Origin: Azolla caroliniana
Taxonomy: Eukaryota; Plantae; Polypodiophyta
DNA: 64,000 bases
Reading direction: 5' to 3'
Assembly: GCA_043228905.1 (NCBI GenBank)
Contig: JBHGNT010000003.1
Span: 1,736,001 to 1,800,000, forward strand
This document shows, in pieces, positions 38,870-51,300 of the stretch; the first letter of the stretch is position 1; the number at the start of each line of letters is the position of its first letter. The notes below the pieces were generated by a model that saw only the letters and a list, made by a program, of their open reading frames with translations, ran no database searches and was not told the origin of the DNA. The position numbers and the translations under genes were made by a program.

Positions 38870-41800
38870 CCGTTTGTTGCTCTGACACCGGCGTAGTAGT
38901 CTCCGGTTCACTCGTTCCGGGTTGGCCCTCGGCCGGCGACGGTTCCTCATCACTAAGGTTAACCGTTGCTGCTGCCCGTGCTTTTTCTTCCCGAACCCGG
39001 GACCGCTCGTAGCTTTCAAACTGGATTTGAGCGTCCAGCCTATCATCGTCTAGCTGAGCTACGAGCCGCCAGACCTGTGCCAGCTGTTCATCCGCCAGGA
39101 CTTGGAAGTCGTCGGCCAGCCCGTCCCGTATGGCGGTGAAGTCCTCGGAAGTCAACGTATAACAATCATCTCCTTCCTTCCGTCGGTTTGCCACGTCTGC
39201 CCGTAGCAATTGAAGTTCCACCGCGTTTTGTGCCCACTTTGTCCACCATCTTACGGAGCTTTCATCAATCAAGTGTTTTGTCTGATTCAGCCATGCCCGA
39301 AGGATGCACTCAATCCAGCCCATTCCCAATTGCGATTTGGTTTCCGCCGCTTGCCGTTCCTCCTTCAGTTGCTTGATGATTTTGATGTTGTCTTCCGCCT
39401 GCTCCTTGTAATGCGTCAATTGCCTTTGATATGTGATTTGTAATTTCTACAATATCGTTGACGCTCTCTCTTTTTCTTCCTGTTGCTGCCTCTGGAGCTC
39501 CATTCGGACCTTCTCTGCCTCGTCCAAGCGTCTTGTATTTTCCGCACGTTCGTCGGTGATCGCCGTCGCGGCCTGATCAACTTCCTACTGGAGCTCGGCC
39601 ATCCATTCTTTATGCTCCGTTTCCAGTCGTTTGTAGTCCCGGTGCAAGTGCTCAAAATCATCTGTCTTTTGCTTGAGCCGTGCGTTGATCTATCGACGGG
39701 CCCGGTCCTCGCGGTCCTTCTGCTGGCGGAGCTCTTCCTTTAGTCGTTCAATTTCCGTTTCCGCCGTCTTCCGCAGCTTGTCCTTTTCCTGCAGCACTTT
39801 GTCTTTTTCCTCCCTTAGCTAGTCGTACGCTTGATGGCCTTTCCGGAGGCTCTCCTCTGCCCGGCGGAGGTTCTCAGCAGTCTTCTTTAATTCGGCTTCG
39901 GCCGCTGTCTTCAATTCCCGTTCACGACTCCTTAGCACTTCCTGTGCGGCAAGTTCATCTCTCAATTCCGCAGGCTCCTCGGCTTGCGCCGCATCTCTCG
40001 CCGGAACGGTTTCCGTTGTCGGGGTCATATTGGTATGTACAGGTCGATCCGTTTCTTTATTCTGTACACTTACCGGAGTCACCGGTGATTGGATCTGTGT
40101 TGCCGTTAAGGCCATTTTGGCCATCTCTGTCGTGACCTAATCCAAGTCTTTTTCCAGGATTCTGGACCGGGCCGTCTCTAGTTGTTCAGTTGTGACGAGC
40201 AACCGTTCGCTTTGCGCTCTTTCTTCCACCTCAATATACCCCATTGCTCCGGCAATCTGTTCGCCTATCCACCAGAGCCACAGGCTACCGGTGCATTGTT
40301 GTGCTTGCACGGAGGTTTGACAGATGGGCTCACTTGTAGATGGGTGGTCCCGCCTGATTGCGCCGAGTTGCAATTCCGTTTCTGCCTGTGGACCACCCTG
40401 CTGTCCTGGTTCCCCTTGCGCTTCTTCTTGGCTGGCCGAGGGGGGCTGTGTTGACCTTTCTGGATCTGGCGGGATGGGACTTGCCGGTGTTGCCGGTGGT
40501 GCCGGGGCTTCTGATTCCGGTGGCATGCGCACCGGTTCTGGTTCCTTCCTTGGCGTGGGAGTCTCAGTATGGGGAGCCGGTGTTCCCTCCGTCTGAGGGT
40601 CTGAATGTTTCCCGGCTGCCTCAACGGTCCTTGCCGACGACCGTCGCTGGAGGTGCTCCGTAGGCTCCTCCTCTATTTCCTCTTCCTGAGTCCCGGCATT
40701 GAGTTTTGCCGCCAAGGGGTCCGCTTCTCTATTCACCGGTCGGCGGAGTGTAACCTTTACGGGTCGTGCCGCTGGTTCCTCCTGCGCATCCGTTGGCCGC
40801 TTCCGGCTGCCGCTTTCCTTTCTCGCCTGTTCTGCGTCCGCCGCCTTCCCCTTAGTGGCCTTAGAGGCCAACAGTTGTTGTCGTTTGGAAGCCGTCTTTG
40901 GGTTGCCATCTGCCACTCTTCCTCGCTTCTTGGGCTGGACGGGCTGGACGGGTGGCACAAGCAAGGTGAGCCACTGCGTTACGGCGTGCCATATCCTCCG
41001 TCCGTCTCAGCCTTCTTTGCCGTCTTTGCCTCTGACGATCTCGATCGCCGCACACAACCCGTCTGCGATCAATACCGGCCAATCCACCTTGATCCCTTCA
41101 TAGGTGGCGATGATCATCCCTGCCTGGTTCTGCGGCATGACAGGGGGTCTAGGGTACACATGGCCGTATTCGTGGAGCACACGGGCAATCTCGCGGAACA
41201 GCATATCTCCGTCGCCCTGTGTCTGGTAGCCCTTGCTGGCTAGAGAGTACTCACCAAAATACTTGATGAGTTGCTCCGGGGTTGGATTGTCAATCGCGAG
41301 TATGCCTCCCTCCGGAAGACCTGTTAACGCTCGAATCACCTCTGCCGTTATGACCTCTGTGTCGATTTCTTTGATCACCTTGTCGGCTTCTTTGTGTGGC
41401 GGTACTTCCATCATCATCAAGAAGCCCTCGAGCCCGTGTTACTTTAGCCATGTCTTGGCGGCTTCCGACAGCGTTTGCGGGTCCATGTCTGTGTCGAGGT
41501 CAGATTGCGATGGCGAGGTTGGATGGTGATGAGAGTGAGATTGAGAGAGAGAGAGTTCAGAAGGCGGGGGTTGTTTGTGCGTAGGTTCTCGTCTGATGAT
41601 CTTGCAGCGTCTTGGTGCTTCTGTGCTCCTGGGTTCGCGAAAGTAAAGGGTCTCTCTCGTCGTCGTCCCATCCGACCGTCTCTTTCTGTGTCCATTTCAT
41701 TGTCATCGCATATCATGCTTCGAATTCGTCATTTGTCACCGTCATTTGTCACTAACCGCACACTCACACAACGTCATCATTTTGCGCACTCGCATATCTA

Positions 41801-42344
41801 CGTCGTTGTCATTACTCGCACATTTTCACCATTTCTTGCATCTTGCGCCGCTACGTATTCTTCTTGGACTTCTTCAAAGGGGGTTCGCCGTTGTGGTCGC
41901 CAAAAACTGTGTTAACTCTTAGGGCCGGACAATGGCCTAACACAAGGTGTCTACGGAAGACACTTCACCAAAGGGTGTTACGGCAACCGGATTAGACTCA
42001 ACGCTTAATCCAACTTAATTAAGTTACTTAGCATGATCGTCTTTCATAATCACATGCGTAAGATATAACAATTAAGGCAGAACGGCAATTAACACAGAGA
42101 GATAACAACGCTAAGCTTTTATTAATTAACCGCTATTCATTACATTGTATCTGGGCCTTTAAATAGGTTTCCGGTCTGTATTACAAAACGGTGCCATTCG
42201 CACCTGTTCGGGATCAGTCCAGATCCGGAACGGCATACCGATTCCGGTCCGTCCGTCCTCACTCATAGCTTAATTACAACCACATTCCTACTACTTAAAG
42301 AACTCCCCGTTTCACACTCTGGACTCCTTTGTCGGCCGGTAACA
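38870..42344. mobile_element. Element G: partial LTR element with one LTR (41910-42344) homologous to the reverse complement of the element A LTR, and a broken accessory ORF on the minus strand (~41700-38870)
   Basis: Shared blocks with A-LTR(rc), e.g. ACACTTC.CCAAAGG, ATTACAAAACGGTGCC, TCCGTCCGT; the ORF has a globular N-terminal part, a Pro/Glu-rich linker and a coiled coil, as in accessory ORFs of Tat/Athila-type elements (inference). Confidence 0.7.
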
Positions 42345-44140
42345 CATCTAATTGACTAAGGATTTCAATTTTATTTGAGATACTTGGGCTATTAGTACTA
42401 TGAATACTATCAAACACTCTATTAGTACTATTAATACTATCAGACACTCCTAAGGGAAGAATTGACTCGGGTTTAGTACAGGCTACAATTTGATTTACCT
42501 GTCTTCTTGGCCTATGGGGACAATTGATTGCGATATGCCCTGGTCCACCGCAATAAAGACATAATCGATTTGCACGTCGTCGTTGTTTTTCTTCTTCCGA
42601 TAACGGGCCGCGTCGACGCATGGTATCGATCTCCATCGGTGTCGAAGTATTTGCTTGAGGTATGTCTCGTGCAAATAGTCTAGCCGCGACTGCGGCGTAA
42701 GTGGGCTCCGGCCTAGCGCGTGGTATCTGTAATTGACGGGAACCCAACGCCCCTTATGCACAAAGCTCGGCCACAACCGAGATTCTTTTCATACACAGAA
42801 AAACAGGAAACGAAATGCACGCGACACAAAGGAGAGAAAAGGGTACACAGAATGTTTACGTGGAAAATCCCAAACTAGGGGAAAAACCACGGCAGCCCAC
42901 AAGCTGCAAACTGTCACTATGTAGGAATATACAACAGTGAGTTCACTGAGGCACCGACCTCATGCTCACAAGTCTTCGCCACAGGCAGCGGTTACAACAG
43001 AGGCAACGACCTCGTCTCTCTCTCTCTCTCTCTGTACAGTTACGCACTCTCGTTTCTTCTTGCACCAACAAGGAAGAATGACAACAACAACTAAAAGTTT
43101 GCCCTAAGTCATATTTATACTAATATGACTTTTCGGCTATTTACAAATGTAGCCTCGATGGGCTCTCAGAAACATATTTACGAATATGTCTCTTCATCTG
43201 GTTCATACCGGGCCTGCACCATCCGGCTCTCCGTAGCCGGGTACTCCTCATCCGGTTCATACCGGGCCTGCACCATCCAGCTCTCCGTAGCCGGGTCCTC
43301 CTCATACGGTTTCGGCCTCGGCCGAGTTTGTTCATCGGCACTGTTCTTCTTCCTTCCCATCCGGAGGGACCTGTTTCCCAACAGTAATTGACGTTCCGAA
43401 CGCCGTTCGAAGAGGCGGTTGTCACATCGGACCGCTCGACTGATTGCCTCCGTAAGAGACTTTGGTTCTTCGGGGAAGGTTAGAAGTAGATCTTTGACAT
43501 CATTTTGCAGGCCATAGTGAAACTGCTCCATTAGTGCTTGATCATCCCAGGGTATGTCGGAAGCGAGTAGGTGGAAATCCGCCGCGTAGGCAGAGGCTGG
43601 ACGATCGCCTTGACGCAATCGCCGGATCTTGTTGATCGTTGTCCTGATGCTGTCGGTGTCTCCAAAGCAGGCTTTCAACTCACTAATAAAATCTTCAAAG
43701 TTATTAAGCAAGGGCGATTGTTTTTCTAGAAGTGGAGCGAACCATGCTAAGGCTGAGCCGCTAAGCAACGTGCCTATTAAGCCGACTCGGGATGCATCAG
43801 TGGGGTATCGGGAAGGATGCATTTGGAGGACTAATCGTACCTGATTAAGGAATCCCCTGAATTGCGATCGCGTTCCATCAAATTTCATAGGAAGTTCAAT
43901 CTTCAGCTCTTTATGAAATCCTTGGGGACTTGATCCTTGTTGTTGCAATGTCGCTTCGAGTTGTTGCACCCGTAACGCTAACTCCCCATGTTGTTGCTGC
44001 GTTTGTTGCTTTTCTAGAGCGATTTGTTCCAGATCCCCTATCAGCCGTTGGTTTTCTTGTTCCAGGGCAACAAACTTTTCTTTTAGGCACTGTAACTCAG
44101 AGAAAATGGATTGATATTCTTGGGCGCTAACAGTAGCCAT
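42345..44140 (-). pseudogene. Element E gag, interrupted by a solo LTR
   Basis: [51 protein letters not shown] zinc knuckle. Confidence 0.9.
42734..43383 (-). mobile_element. Solo LTR (650 bp), probably Ty1/copia
   Basis: TGTTGG...GTCA termini; exact 5-bp TSD GTAAT (42729-33, 43384-88); removal restores gag ERQLQIP; GGATTTTCCACGTAAA motif typical of copia LTRs; internal 57-bp tandem repeat. Confidence 0.88.
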
Positions 44141-46935
44141 AGTAGAGGGAAAAGGGTAGGAAGATGAGGGAGAACGACAAGTAGGCTGGAGGAAAGAGGC
44201 AAATTGGTTCAAACTGTCAAGAATAGTACTAAAGCAGAGATGGAATTAGTACTAAGAAGAGTAGTACTATTAGTACTAAGAGGACGGGACCGCGTAAGAT
44301 TCCCGAGAGAGAGGAAGTGAGAAGAGGAGAGAGAGAGATAGGATGATGACAGCAGCTCTTATATTATATGAAAGATAAGTACAAATCGGCTAAGAGGCTT
44401 AAGATTGGTGTTGAACCAATTTGGTTCAAAACAATGCCTTGTGCCTCCTTTTATAGTGTTTTTAGGAATAATCCTGAAGCTTCTAGAATGTTCCAGAGAG
44501 ATCTGGAATATACATCAATTTTCTATGATAAAACATAAATGAAAATAATATCTTACAAATTACAATTCATAGTCTAATGGTAAGAGCTCGACCCATGTAG
44601 CATAAGGTCATGGGTTCGAGTCTTGCCATATCATGACACCCACTCCGCAATAGTCCGCTTTAAAAATCCATTTTTGTTTGGGACAAGATCTCTTTCTTGT
44701 TGCTTTCGTGATTCGATGACATAGTTAGGAATTGGACGGTTTTCCCTCCGCTTTCGCTCCGAATTCGTGCAAAGGCCGCTCCACTATCGAGCACGTTTGT
44801 CTCCATCTATGAAGCCGTGATAAAGGGTTGCCCAAGGATCACGGAATGTGAGACCTCATCTTGCACAAAGAAATTTTGGTCAATCTCTACATCTTCGATC
44901 TTCACCTTCACATCCGGACAAGCCGCAAATAGATCTTCCGTGGCTTTTGTGGCTGCCCGGATCTTCCATCCATGGCTGGTATTTATAGGCCACTTCCCCT
45001 TCCAATAGAATTCCTTGGACATCAAATTGATCTCTGACCCGTGATCAATCAACGCTAGTACAGGCTCTTTAATGTTTCCGATTCGGACCGGAGTCTCTAT
45101 AGTTGTGCGTGCCCAGTGTGACCTTGTGTATTGGGAGTTTGGAATTTCATCCTCCACTTCCGTGTCATTCATTAGAACAGTATTCGCATTCACCCTTGGA
45201 GAATTTTCCTCCGTAGTTTGTCTCTTTCTTTTTACGAGATCCATAAGAAGATCATGGAACTCCTTCTTTGCTATTCTAAGTAATTCCCGGAGAGCAAATT
45301 CCACCCGACTACCAAGTATTCTCTCTTCGAATACCTTCTTTAGGTCCGTCCGTTGTTCGATGTCTGAAGCAAGTTTGAATGCCAGAATTGTTTTTCCCTT
45401 CCCCTTTCCTTCAAGGTTCTAGCTTTCCGGTGTCTTTGATGGCCCAACCACATCATCCGTGTGCCATCGTTTCTCATCTACATATACCTCATGCAATTTA
45501 CATAACGCATGTATGCTATTCTTATCTACGGGGCACTCCCATCCCGTAGCTTCCAAGCTAAATGCCTTCTGCGGTGCTCCGGATTTCATCAAAGTCGGCT
45601 TTCTTCGAGATTTCTAGCAGTTCCGGCCAAAAAGATGCCTTTGCTCTAGATGACTCCCCCACACGTATTCCCACAGTTGTCACATAATTGGTTTTCGCCG
45701 CTATCTCCTCCTCTAGGACCTTCTTCATGCCGTCTTTTCGGAAGTTTGGCCTGAGTGGCTTCCGACAGTCCATCGAATGAAACTGATTTCCCTTGTAGTA
45801 GATAAGATCCCGCCATAGCGCCTCCTTGTGCTCATCACAATCCTTTCAATCATGTTCAGTGCTATCGCACCATATGCACAGACGGTCCATATACTTGGAA
45901 CTTGTGGGACAGTCTTCTGACTTCTTCACCACTGCAATTTTCAGATTCTCCATCTCCTTCAGCAACTGCTCCACATTGGTTGCATTGATTCCCTTCTTAG
46001 TCGTAGTCTCCCGAGCCCATGGTTAATGTTCTTCCAATCCGGATCTTGGTTTTGGAATCGGTTCTAAAACCCTCTTTTCTTCATTACCAAGCCATTGCCC
46101 CCTTTTTGTGTATCGCGCGACGATGTCCCGCAAGTTTGCCCATGTATTGGTGAGGCCACTCTGAGTAGTTGTGTCCTCTAGAAGCACTCCAAGGTCTTTC
46201 CGGTCCCAGATGTCCACAACTCGTAAGAACATGATCACTTTGTTCGGTGCGAGGATAGTTTGATCTCTCGTGGACAACCTCCCGAATCGACATTCGAATG
46301 CCGAAAACACATCGACACATCAAGGACCTTCAACCCCTTGTCCGGCATTTCCACCCAATCTTCGAATCCCCTCCACGTTGCCTTGGAAGAGTCCTCAATA
46401 GCGAACGTGGTCTTTAGCGCTTCTTCAAACGCTTCCCACGTCAGATTTTGTTGTCGTAATCTGTGGATACACTCTTGAAGCTCGTTTGTAGCCACCCAAT
46501 TGAAGGATGTCACTTGCGATCCTTCCGATATTCCGCACCGTAGCATCTCTGCCCTGTAGTCCCGCAAATAATGTGACACATCCTTCCCATTGAATTGCCT
46601 GTTCCGTTGCACGAGCCGCTCTGCCGCCGCCACAATCTCCGACATCACACGTTGTTCTTGTAGCATCCGCTCGAACATTGTCATCATATTGTTAGCCTCT
46701 TGTTGATTTTCCATCTCCTTGCCACCCGTGTTCACGTAGGGTTCACCAAATGTGTCGTGCCTTTCGGCGCCGGATCGATTGCGTGGAGGTACAAGTAATA
46801 AATCCACGCATATTATATAATAAATCTTGCCCTATGCATGTAATATATATTTTTTATATTTCTTCTATTTCTTCATATTTATTAAATCTAGTACTATATA
46901 CATTTTTTACGTAGTGTACGAAATACACTACGACA

Positions 46936-47555
46936 ACGGTCAGGTAGGTCCTCCCCACCAACAACTGCAACCATCTTCTTTTGACTAACTTCGTCAGATG
47001 GTTGTTCCCTAATGTCCTTGTGAAAACGTAGTTTCTTTCCCTTTTTCAAATTATGTGCGACTGGTTGTATTCGGGCCTCCACCGGTGAGTTTCAATGTCT
47101 TAACTTAATTTTCTTCACTGAACGGTCTGAAAGATTCTCAAAAGACCTATATAAAAGAAGAAGTGAGAAAATATAACTAACTTGGATCATGAGGAATTGA
47201 CTTTTATCAAATTTACCCTAACTGGAGAATTTCTAATGTTTCCTAGCGTATTGTTTCTTTCCCTTCCTTGAAAGGTTATGCTTTAGGTTGAAATAATGGA
47301 AGACAATTGTATAATTAAATGTCTCTAAGTATTACGATGTATCGAGTTCTTGTTTATAAGTGGGCCTTTTAAACAGGAACTCGATACAATGTATCGAGTT
47401 CTTGTTTAGAAGACATCGAATCAAGTTCCTGTTTAAAGTAGGTCTTTTAAACAGGATCTCCATACGATGTATCAGGTTCCGGTTTAAATCACGACCATGT
47501 TCGTACAATCAGAATCCTACATGGGGTCCGTGTGCTCAATCTTCTTCGAAGACAT
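46936..47555 (-). pseudogene. Probable 5' end of the element B ParB-MTase gene: exon 1 47555-47521, intron, exon 2 from 47146 until cut by the element D LTR
   Basis: Short ATG exon, phase-2 GT-AG intron and VKKIKLRH*NSP mirror the S1 copy (VRSFRLKI*SP); TATAAAA on the minus strand at ~47697. Confidence 0.6.
47334..47487. repeat. Tandem ~40-bp palindromes and half-sites in the predicted intron 1 of the element B cargo gene
   Basis: TAAACAGGAACTCGATACA-A-TGTATCGAGTTCTTGTTTA (47370-47408), a decayed copy at 47447-47487, half-sites at ~47334-47356 and ~47420-47435. Confidence 0.85.
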
Positions 47556-48347
47556 GATTTTCGTGCTTGCTGCTAACAAGTAGTTGCTCGCATGCTCCGG
47601 TGGTTGTGATGCTCCGTGTGCTTCTTGGGCTCTGAGTGCTCGTAGTGCTCTATTACGTGTGTGACCTCCGTAAATTGAGGAAGTCCCTAATTTTATAGGG
47701 TGTTAAACCGTGGTTAAAATAACTATAGTTACTTAAACCGTGGTTAGGTTAGATCCTAATTTGTTTCCCTAGGTTAGTTAGTTGTTAGTACTCTTTGGTT
47801 AGTTAAAAGTTACTGACATAGGTACTCTAGGTTAGTTATAGGTTAGTTAAAAGTTAGTGAGTTAGGTACTCTATGGTAGTTATAGTTAGGGTTAGAGTTA
47901 AATATGTGATAAGCAACTATTGGTTATAGTAGTTACATTGTAGTTGTATTTATTGCTTGTAATCATAAGTCAACAATAATTGGACACTATTGATTGCATC
48001 AGTTCATAATAGTTTGATAATGATTACCAAAAAATGATTAGGAACTTATGATTGAATTGAGATAAATAAAGGTAATAATTAATATAAGTCCCTCTTTTTC
48101 ACATGGCGAATAGTACTTTTATTCACATGTGGGGAATGACATAGTACACTTATAAATGTTTGTGATCTTTATTAATGAACAAATGATTGAGATTAAACTT
48201 ATATATTTATGACTCTCTAATGATTTTGAATATAGACTATATGTATACAAATACAAATATATTTTTTATATAATACACATTTTGGGATATAAACAACAAT
48301 ATTGTATAAATTAAATTTTATGTATATGATAATGACTAGTGTGTAGA

Positions 48348-51300
48348 TAGAGAACACTCTTTGTATTCAATAGAAATAAAAAAGGTAAGTGCGAATTACT
48401 AACTAATGACTTGGTTCTTCCCCATTGGGAACCCCCCCCCCCCCCTTTTCAAAATCACAACTACTTCTTTAAATAGAAACTTATTGGGAGCCCAAACATT
48501 CATGAGATGAAACGTTTGTGCTTCCAAGATTTATTTAAATATTCTACTATTTTCTTTTATGTAATTGTAACGGTTGTAACACTCTCCCGCTAGTCGAGAG
48601 AGTTTCGACCTCGAAACTATTGCATAAAGGTTCCTAGGTCAGGGCTCTGGTTGTTGTAGAGGCTCAAGTAGCCATTCAAACCCTGCTTGTAGCAACGCTT
48701 CTTCAGTTACCCACGATGCTTCGGATAATGGTTTCCCTCGCCACTTGATGAAGTAGCGTCTTCTCCCTCTACGAACCTGTGTCTTCAAAAGTGCTTCAGG
48801 TTCACATCTAATAGTTGCCTCGCGCCCCCATGTTTCATCTGGGTGGAAACGTTTTAGCAGGCTAACATGAAAAACATCATGTATCTTGGAAGCCTCCGGA
48901 AGTTGTAATTTGTAGGATACATTATTGAGTTGTTTGACCACCTTGTATGGTCCATAGAACCTATGGTTAAACTTGGGCGTGAGGCCCTGAAGTAACGGCC
49001 AACTAGCCGAATTGACAAGTACTAAATCCCCTGGGTAAAACTCCACGTGTTCCCGTTTCTTATTGACACGATTGATCATCTGTGACTTTGTTTTTATGAG
49101 ATGCTCTTGTGCTGCTTGCATCCGGTCCTTCCACTCCTCCAAAAAACGAGACACATCCAATTCCTCTACTTGTGTCTTCTTATTTGTATGCAATAAAGCA
49201 ATCGGTGTGAGGACTTCTTTACCTGTGGCGAGCTCGAATGGAGAGAATCCCGTTGATGAATGGATTGCAGCATTGTAACAAAATTCGAGCATGTCGATGT
49301 GTTCCACCCAGTCCGTCTGATCCGCTTTGACATAACATCGAATGTAGTCCTCGATGCCTTGATTGAGTCGCTCAGTTTGCCCGTCTGTTTGCGGATGTGC
49401 GGATGATGACATACGGAGCTGTGTGCCTAGAATCCGAAACAATTCTTGCCAAAATCCACTAGTGAACCTTAGATTCCTATCTGATACTATGATTTCTGGC
49501 AGCCCGTGATACTTAAAAACATGTTTAAAAAACAAGTGTGCTACATGTTGCGCTGTTAGAGGTGGCTTTGCCGGCACGAAGTGAGCTTGTTTAGAAAAAA
49601 AATCCACAATGACCATAAGGATGCAAAACCCCTTGGATGAGGGTAAATCAATTATAAAATCCATGCTTATTACATCCCATGGACGGGATGGTACCGGCAT
49701 CTGTTGCAGTAGTCCGAGCGCTTTTCCTCGCCTAGCTTTCACGGCTTGACATACCTGGCATGAACATATATAGTCAATGATCTCATGTTCCATTCTTGGC
49801 CACACGAAGAACTTTTTAACAGCTTTTAATGTGCGCTTTTGTCCCCCATGCCCGGCCATGTGGCAATCATGTAATTCCCTTAGTATCTTTGCCTTTAGTG
49901 ATATATTATTCGGGATTACTATTTTATCATCACTCCACAATAAGCCGTCCTGCAACTTGTACATTCCATGAGTTATGCTCCCATTCATGACTTTGGTTAC
50001 TAATTCGCGCATCTCTGCATCCTCTGTTTGTGCTTGTCGTACTTCATCTATCCATCCTTGAGCCGAGATGACAAAAATATGGAGGATGCGTGGCAATCGA
50101 CTTAATGCATCAGGTAATGTATGCAACTTGCCTTTTTTATGTACAATTTCCAAATCAAATTCTGCTAACATATCTTGCCATCTCATTTGTTTTGCTGAAA
50201 GTCGTGGTTGTGTCAGAAAATATTGCAAGGAGATGTTGTCGGTCACTACTCGTGTAAATTTATCTTGTACGTAGTGCCGCCACTTCCGAAGTGCATAAAC
50301 TATTGCCAACATTTCCTTCTCGTGTGTGGGCCACCGACTTTCTATCGCTGAAAACTTTTTTGACTCATAGGCAATCGGATGACCATCCTGCATAAGCACA
50401 GCCCCATAAGCAAAATCAGAAGCATCAGTGTGAATTTCAAATGGTTTTGAAAAGTCCGGGAGTTGAAGAACCGGTTGCACACACACTGCCTTCTTCAATT
50501 GATCGAAGGCATGTTGTTCACGTTCAGACCAACAGAATGTTTGTGAGCCTTTGATGAGATTCGTCAGTGGGGTTGCGATTTGACTGAAGTTTTTAATAAA
50601 TCTTCTCACATACTGGACGAAGCCTATGAATTGCTGCACTTCGAGGACTTTGGTGGGTCGTGGCCAATCTTGAACTGCTTTTACCTTGGCCGGATCCATC
50701 TTGAGCCCTTCTCTTCCTATTCGAAATCCTAAGAATTCAAGCTCCTCCATAGCGAACTCACACTTCTCAGGTTTTGCGTATAACTGATGCTCCCGTAATC
50801 GTTGCAGCACATTGGTGACATGTTGTTTATGTTCCTCAAAAGTCTTACTGAAAATTAACAAATCATCAATGTAAATTATCAAAAATTTATCCAAATAATC
50901 CCTAAAAATTTCATTTCCGAGCCTACAAAATGTTCCGGGTGCTCCTGTCAAACCGAAACTCATCACCAGCCATTCAAAACTGCCATATCTCGTCCTAAAT
51001 GTTGTCTTCTCAATATCCTCCGTAGCTACGCGGATTTGATGATACCCTGATCTGAGATCTATGCGAGAGAAATAACGGGCTCCTTGTAGTTGATCCAAGA
51101 GGTCGGAAATCAAAGGTAATGGGTATTTATTTTTTATGGTGATTTTGTTGAGAGACCTGTAATCCATGCACATGCGCAATGTCCCATCCTTCTTTGCCAC
51201 AAAAATGACGGGCGCACCGTAAGGTGATTGGCTTGGTCTGATGAACCCACATGCTTCTAATTCTTGTAATTGTTGTTTTAGCTCTGCTAATTGAGTAGCA

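Larger units (their letters stand above)
23151..44638 (-). mobile_element. Element E: chromovirus-type Ty3/gypsy retrotransposon (Tcn1/Tf1-like); 424-bp LTRs at 44215-44638 (5') and 23151-23574 (3')
   Basis: Near-identical TG...CA LTRs; exact 5-bp TSD CCCAC; PPT TTTAAGGGGGAGATAG next to the 3' LTR; gag, PR, RT, RH, INT and chromodomain pieces all present but split by insertions. Confidence 0.95.
21913..46935 (-). mobile_element. Element D: decayed Ty3/gypsy retrotransposon; 5' LTR 46935-46753, PBS (tRNA-Trp type) 46748-46732, gag ~46700-45430, protease ~45300-44810, RT ~22800-21913; 3' half deleted
   Basis: LTR TGTCGT...ACGACA; TGGTGAACCCTACGTGA; ALIDHGSEINLM (protease); ILEPSNAPYSN, DLYSRYDQFQL and TMRTPIGLV (RT); frame continues across the insertion of element E. 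Confidence 0.8.

Noticed and set aside
41976-42344. Element G LTR starting at TGTTACGG (41976)
   Set aside because: Homology to the element A LTR extends to TGTTAAC at 41910, so the LTR is 41910-42344
43141-43383. C-terminal repeat extension of the 344-aa gag ORF (PATESWMVQARYEPDEE)
   Set aside because: Read-through into the inserted solo LTR and its 57-bp tandem repeat
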